64,000 nucleotides of DNA from Octopus sinensis (taxonomy: Eukaryota). The translations under genes were made by a program, and so were the position numbers. The notes under the pieces were generated by a model. The model did no database searches. It was not told where the DNA came from and worked only from the letters and a program-made list of their open reading frames with translations. The DNA is taken from the NCBI RefSeq assembly GCF_006345805.1, contig NW_021831284.1:310001-374000 (forward strand), given 5' to 3'. Positions 62,018 through 64,000 of the stretch are shown here, one piece after another (position 1 is the stretch's first letter; every line of letters starts with the position of its first letter).

Positions 62018-63246
62018 ATGAGGAACAATAAGAATGTTATGGAAATGAGAAATGGCAATAAAACACATAAAAAGAACTTTTCTTTTTTAAATTCTTCGGT
62101 TTCAAACAGTCTAAAACTGCAAGAATCTTCTTTTGATGCTTGTCCATGGGTAACAGATTCTGAGATTCTAACTGGAATTGTCGGGTTTGTCAACTAAAAA
62201 AATATAATTTAAGACTCGATAAGGAAATTCGACTTTTCTACGAATATATGCGACCCACTGAACAAGAGATTAAAATGCGCCAGGAAATTGTTTCAAAAAT
62301 AACAGCCACTGTCGAGAAAAAATGGCCTGAAATACGCGTTTAAATATTTTTTTTACATTTTTTAGGTTCAGGTGTTTGGCAGCGTGAACACCGATTTGGC
62401 TTTACCTTTAAGGTAAGATTTGAGCCACTTTACCCATTTTAGTGACATCGATGTTGTCTTTTTCGGTAACTGGCTTAAACCTCCATTTTACGAACTTCGT
62501 GATTTATTTTTAAACACAAAAATTGCGAAGACTGTACAAATAATAGACCGAGCTGCTGTATATATGTCATATTATCTCAGGTTCCGATATTAAAAGTGAC
62601 TGATTATGCAACCAACATAAAAGTCGACATTTGTTTTAATCGCGAAAACGGAATAATGAATGACGAACAGATTAAACTGTACATGGACCAGCATAGAGAC
62701 CTGAAATATCTTGTCTATGTTCTCAAATATTATTTGTCGTACCTGAATTTGAACGAGGTCTATACTGGGGGACTTTCCTCTTATGGACTGATATTACTTC
62801 TTGTCAACTTTCTCCAAGTAGATTTGTCAGATTTCTGTAAAATTGTAGAATTGTAGGCCGATTTTATTTCCGTTTAAGCCAAACAATTTGGGAGTTCAGT
62901 TGATTGAGTTTTTGTATTTTTATGGATGTGTTTTCAATTTCGATCAATATGGGATTTCTCTTAAATCTGGTTATTTCAAAAAGTCGTACAATGGGCATCC
63001 TCGTATTTGTGTTTTGGACCCAATTGATTCAAGTTGGATTAATAATTCATTGTAGCGAATGATATTACGAAAGGGTCGTTTCGGATTTTGAATGTTTTGG
63101 AGAATTTCGGAAGTAGATATTACTATTTGTCGGCTTGTGTGATTCCCGCGAATGGAAAATGTGTGCGTAGTTTTCTCCGAGGTCTTTTTCAGGTGGATGA
63201 ACAATTGAGTAATTTCCGAAAATGGGCGAAAACGACATATTTATAA
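62018..63246 (+). CDS. Non-canonical poly(A) polymerase TENT4/PAPD5 (Trf4-like)
   Basis: EI..FYEYMRPT, VFGS..DLALPLSDID, VPILK..KVDICFN, LNEVYTGGLSSY.L.LL..NFLQ, NLG..LIEF..FYG, CVLDP, DITKGSF. Confidence 0.93.
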
Positions 63247-64000
63247 TTTATTTTTTATTGAAATTCTTCATTTTTTTAAATTTTAATCTTTTTTGATGTT
63301 TGTAAGTATTGGGGTTGTTAGGCCACCAAAAATTAATTTATAATGAAAAATAAAAATAGAATGAAATTTTTTGGAGGATTTTTTTAGACGCTGAGTAATC
63401 TCTTAATAAAAATTGTAGTCTAAAATATTTTAGAAGCTATATGTCGCCAACCACAAACCACTTAATTTAAATAAATAGCAGACAAACTAACTCACTTTGT
63501 GACTCAGTTCGTTTAAAACTCATTGCAAAATTGGCTATCCAGTTCATTGAGGAGAAATAAGGTCAAGTGAGTTACCACATCTATTTAAAAATCTGCCTCC
63601 TATTTAAGTGAGTTTTTTCGCTTATTTTGAGTGGTATGGCACAAACTAATTTTTGCTGAACCAATTTATGTTAAACGAAATTTCAAGTCTTTGAGTGATT
63701 TTGAATTGAGGATTTTTAATTCTTAAAGTGATTTTCATTAAAAGTGTTTTCTTAGTCCCGTTTGCTGTTCAGAGGTTTTGAATTATTGATTTCCCATGAG
63801 TATATTCTATCTTTAATTACGTACTAATAGCAGGAGAAAAAGTATTATTATGCACAAAACGCGACAAGTTTTTATCGCCGCTTGTGCGAATAATTTTCTC
63901 CATTAGAAATCTCCACACTCCTTAAGAGACTGCGATTTTTCAGGACATTTTGTATGTGCTTGGTCTGTCTAAAAAGCAAAGGTGCCTAGGAAGGACTTCT

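Noticed and set aside
63420-64000. Possible TE end or regulatory motifs (repeated GTGAGT/ACTCAC)
   Set aside because: No TIR pair, TSD or ORF could be established within the window.

Overview
AT-rich eukaryotic DNA. It is metazoan (a nuclear receptor and a TRAF gene are present), with GT-AG micro-introns of about 20-40 nt and very divergent proteins, which fits a reduced parasite such as a myxozoan (inference). About 14 host genes are recognisable once micro-introns are spliced: EXOC3/Sec6 (TE-interrupted, probably decaying), GARS1, RPS11, RB1CC1/FIP200, RPL32, a RASEF-like large Rab, CENP-C, an NR2E/tailless receptor, GFER/Erv1, TNPO1, RBM17, a D-2-hydroxyacid dehydrogenase, a TRAF and TENT4/PAPD5. 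There is also tRNA-Ser(CGA), one unidentified spliced gene and two paralogous intronless orphan ORFs. Transposons are dense and often nested: hAT (including a CGGBP1-type copy with a perfect 8-bp TSD), Tc1, IS630-like, pogo/Tigger, Ginger-like integrase remnants, a tRNA-derived SINE, Jockey/CR1-like LINE pieces, R4-like RLE tails and three CRE-like RLE retrotransposons. Most notable observations: (1) a GC-rich island inside EXOC3 whose strand skew flips from G-rich to C-rich; (2) an in-frame micro-intron that would switch an Erv1 CX4C motif on or off; (3) a tail-to-tail pair of orphan helical proteins; (4) a CENP-C motif lacking its YW residues; (5) a FIP200 without most of its coiled coil; (6) a PHD-bearing CRE element whose frameshifts look like homopolymer sequencing errors. 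All identifications come from manual translation and recalled motifs; no searches were run, and exon boundaries are approximate.
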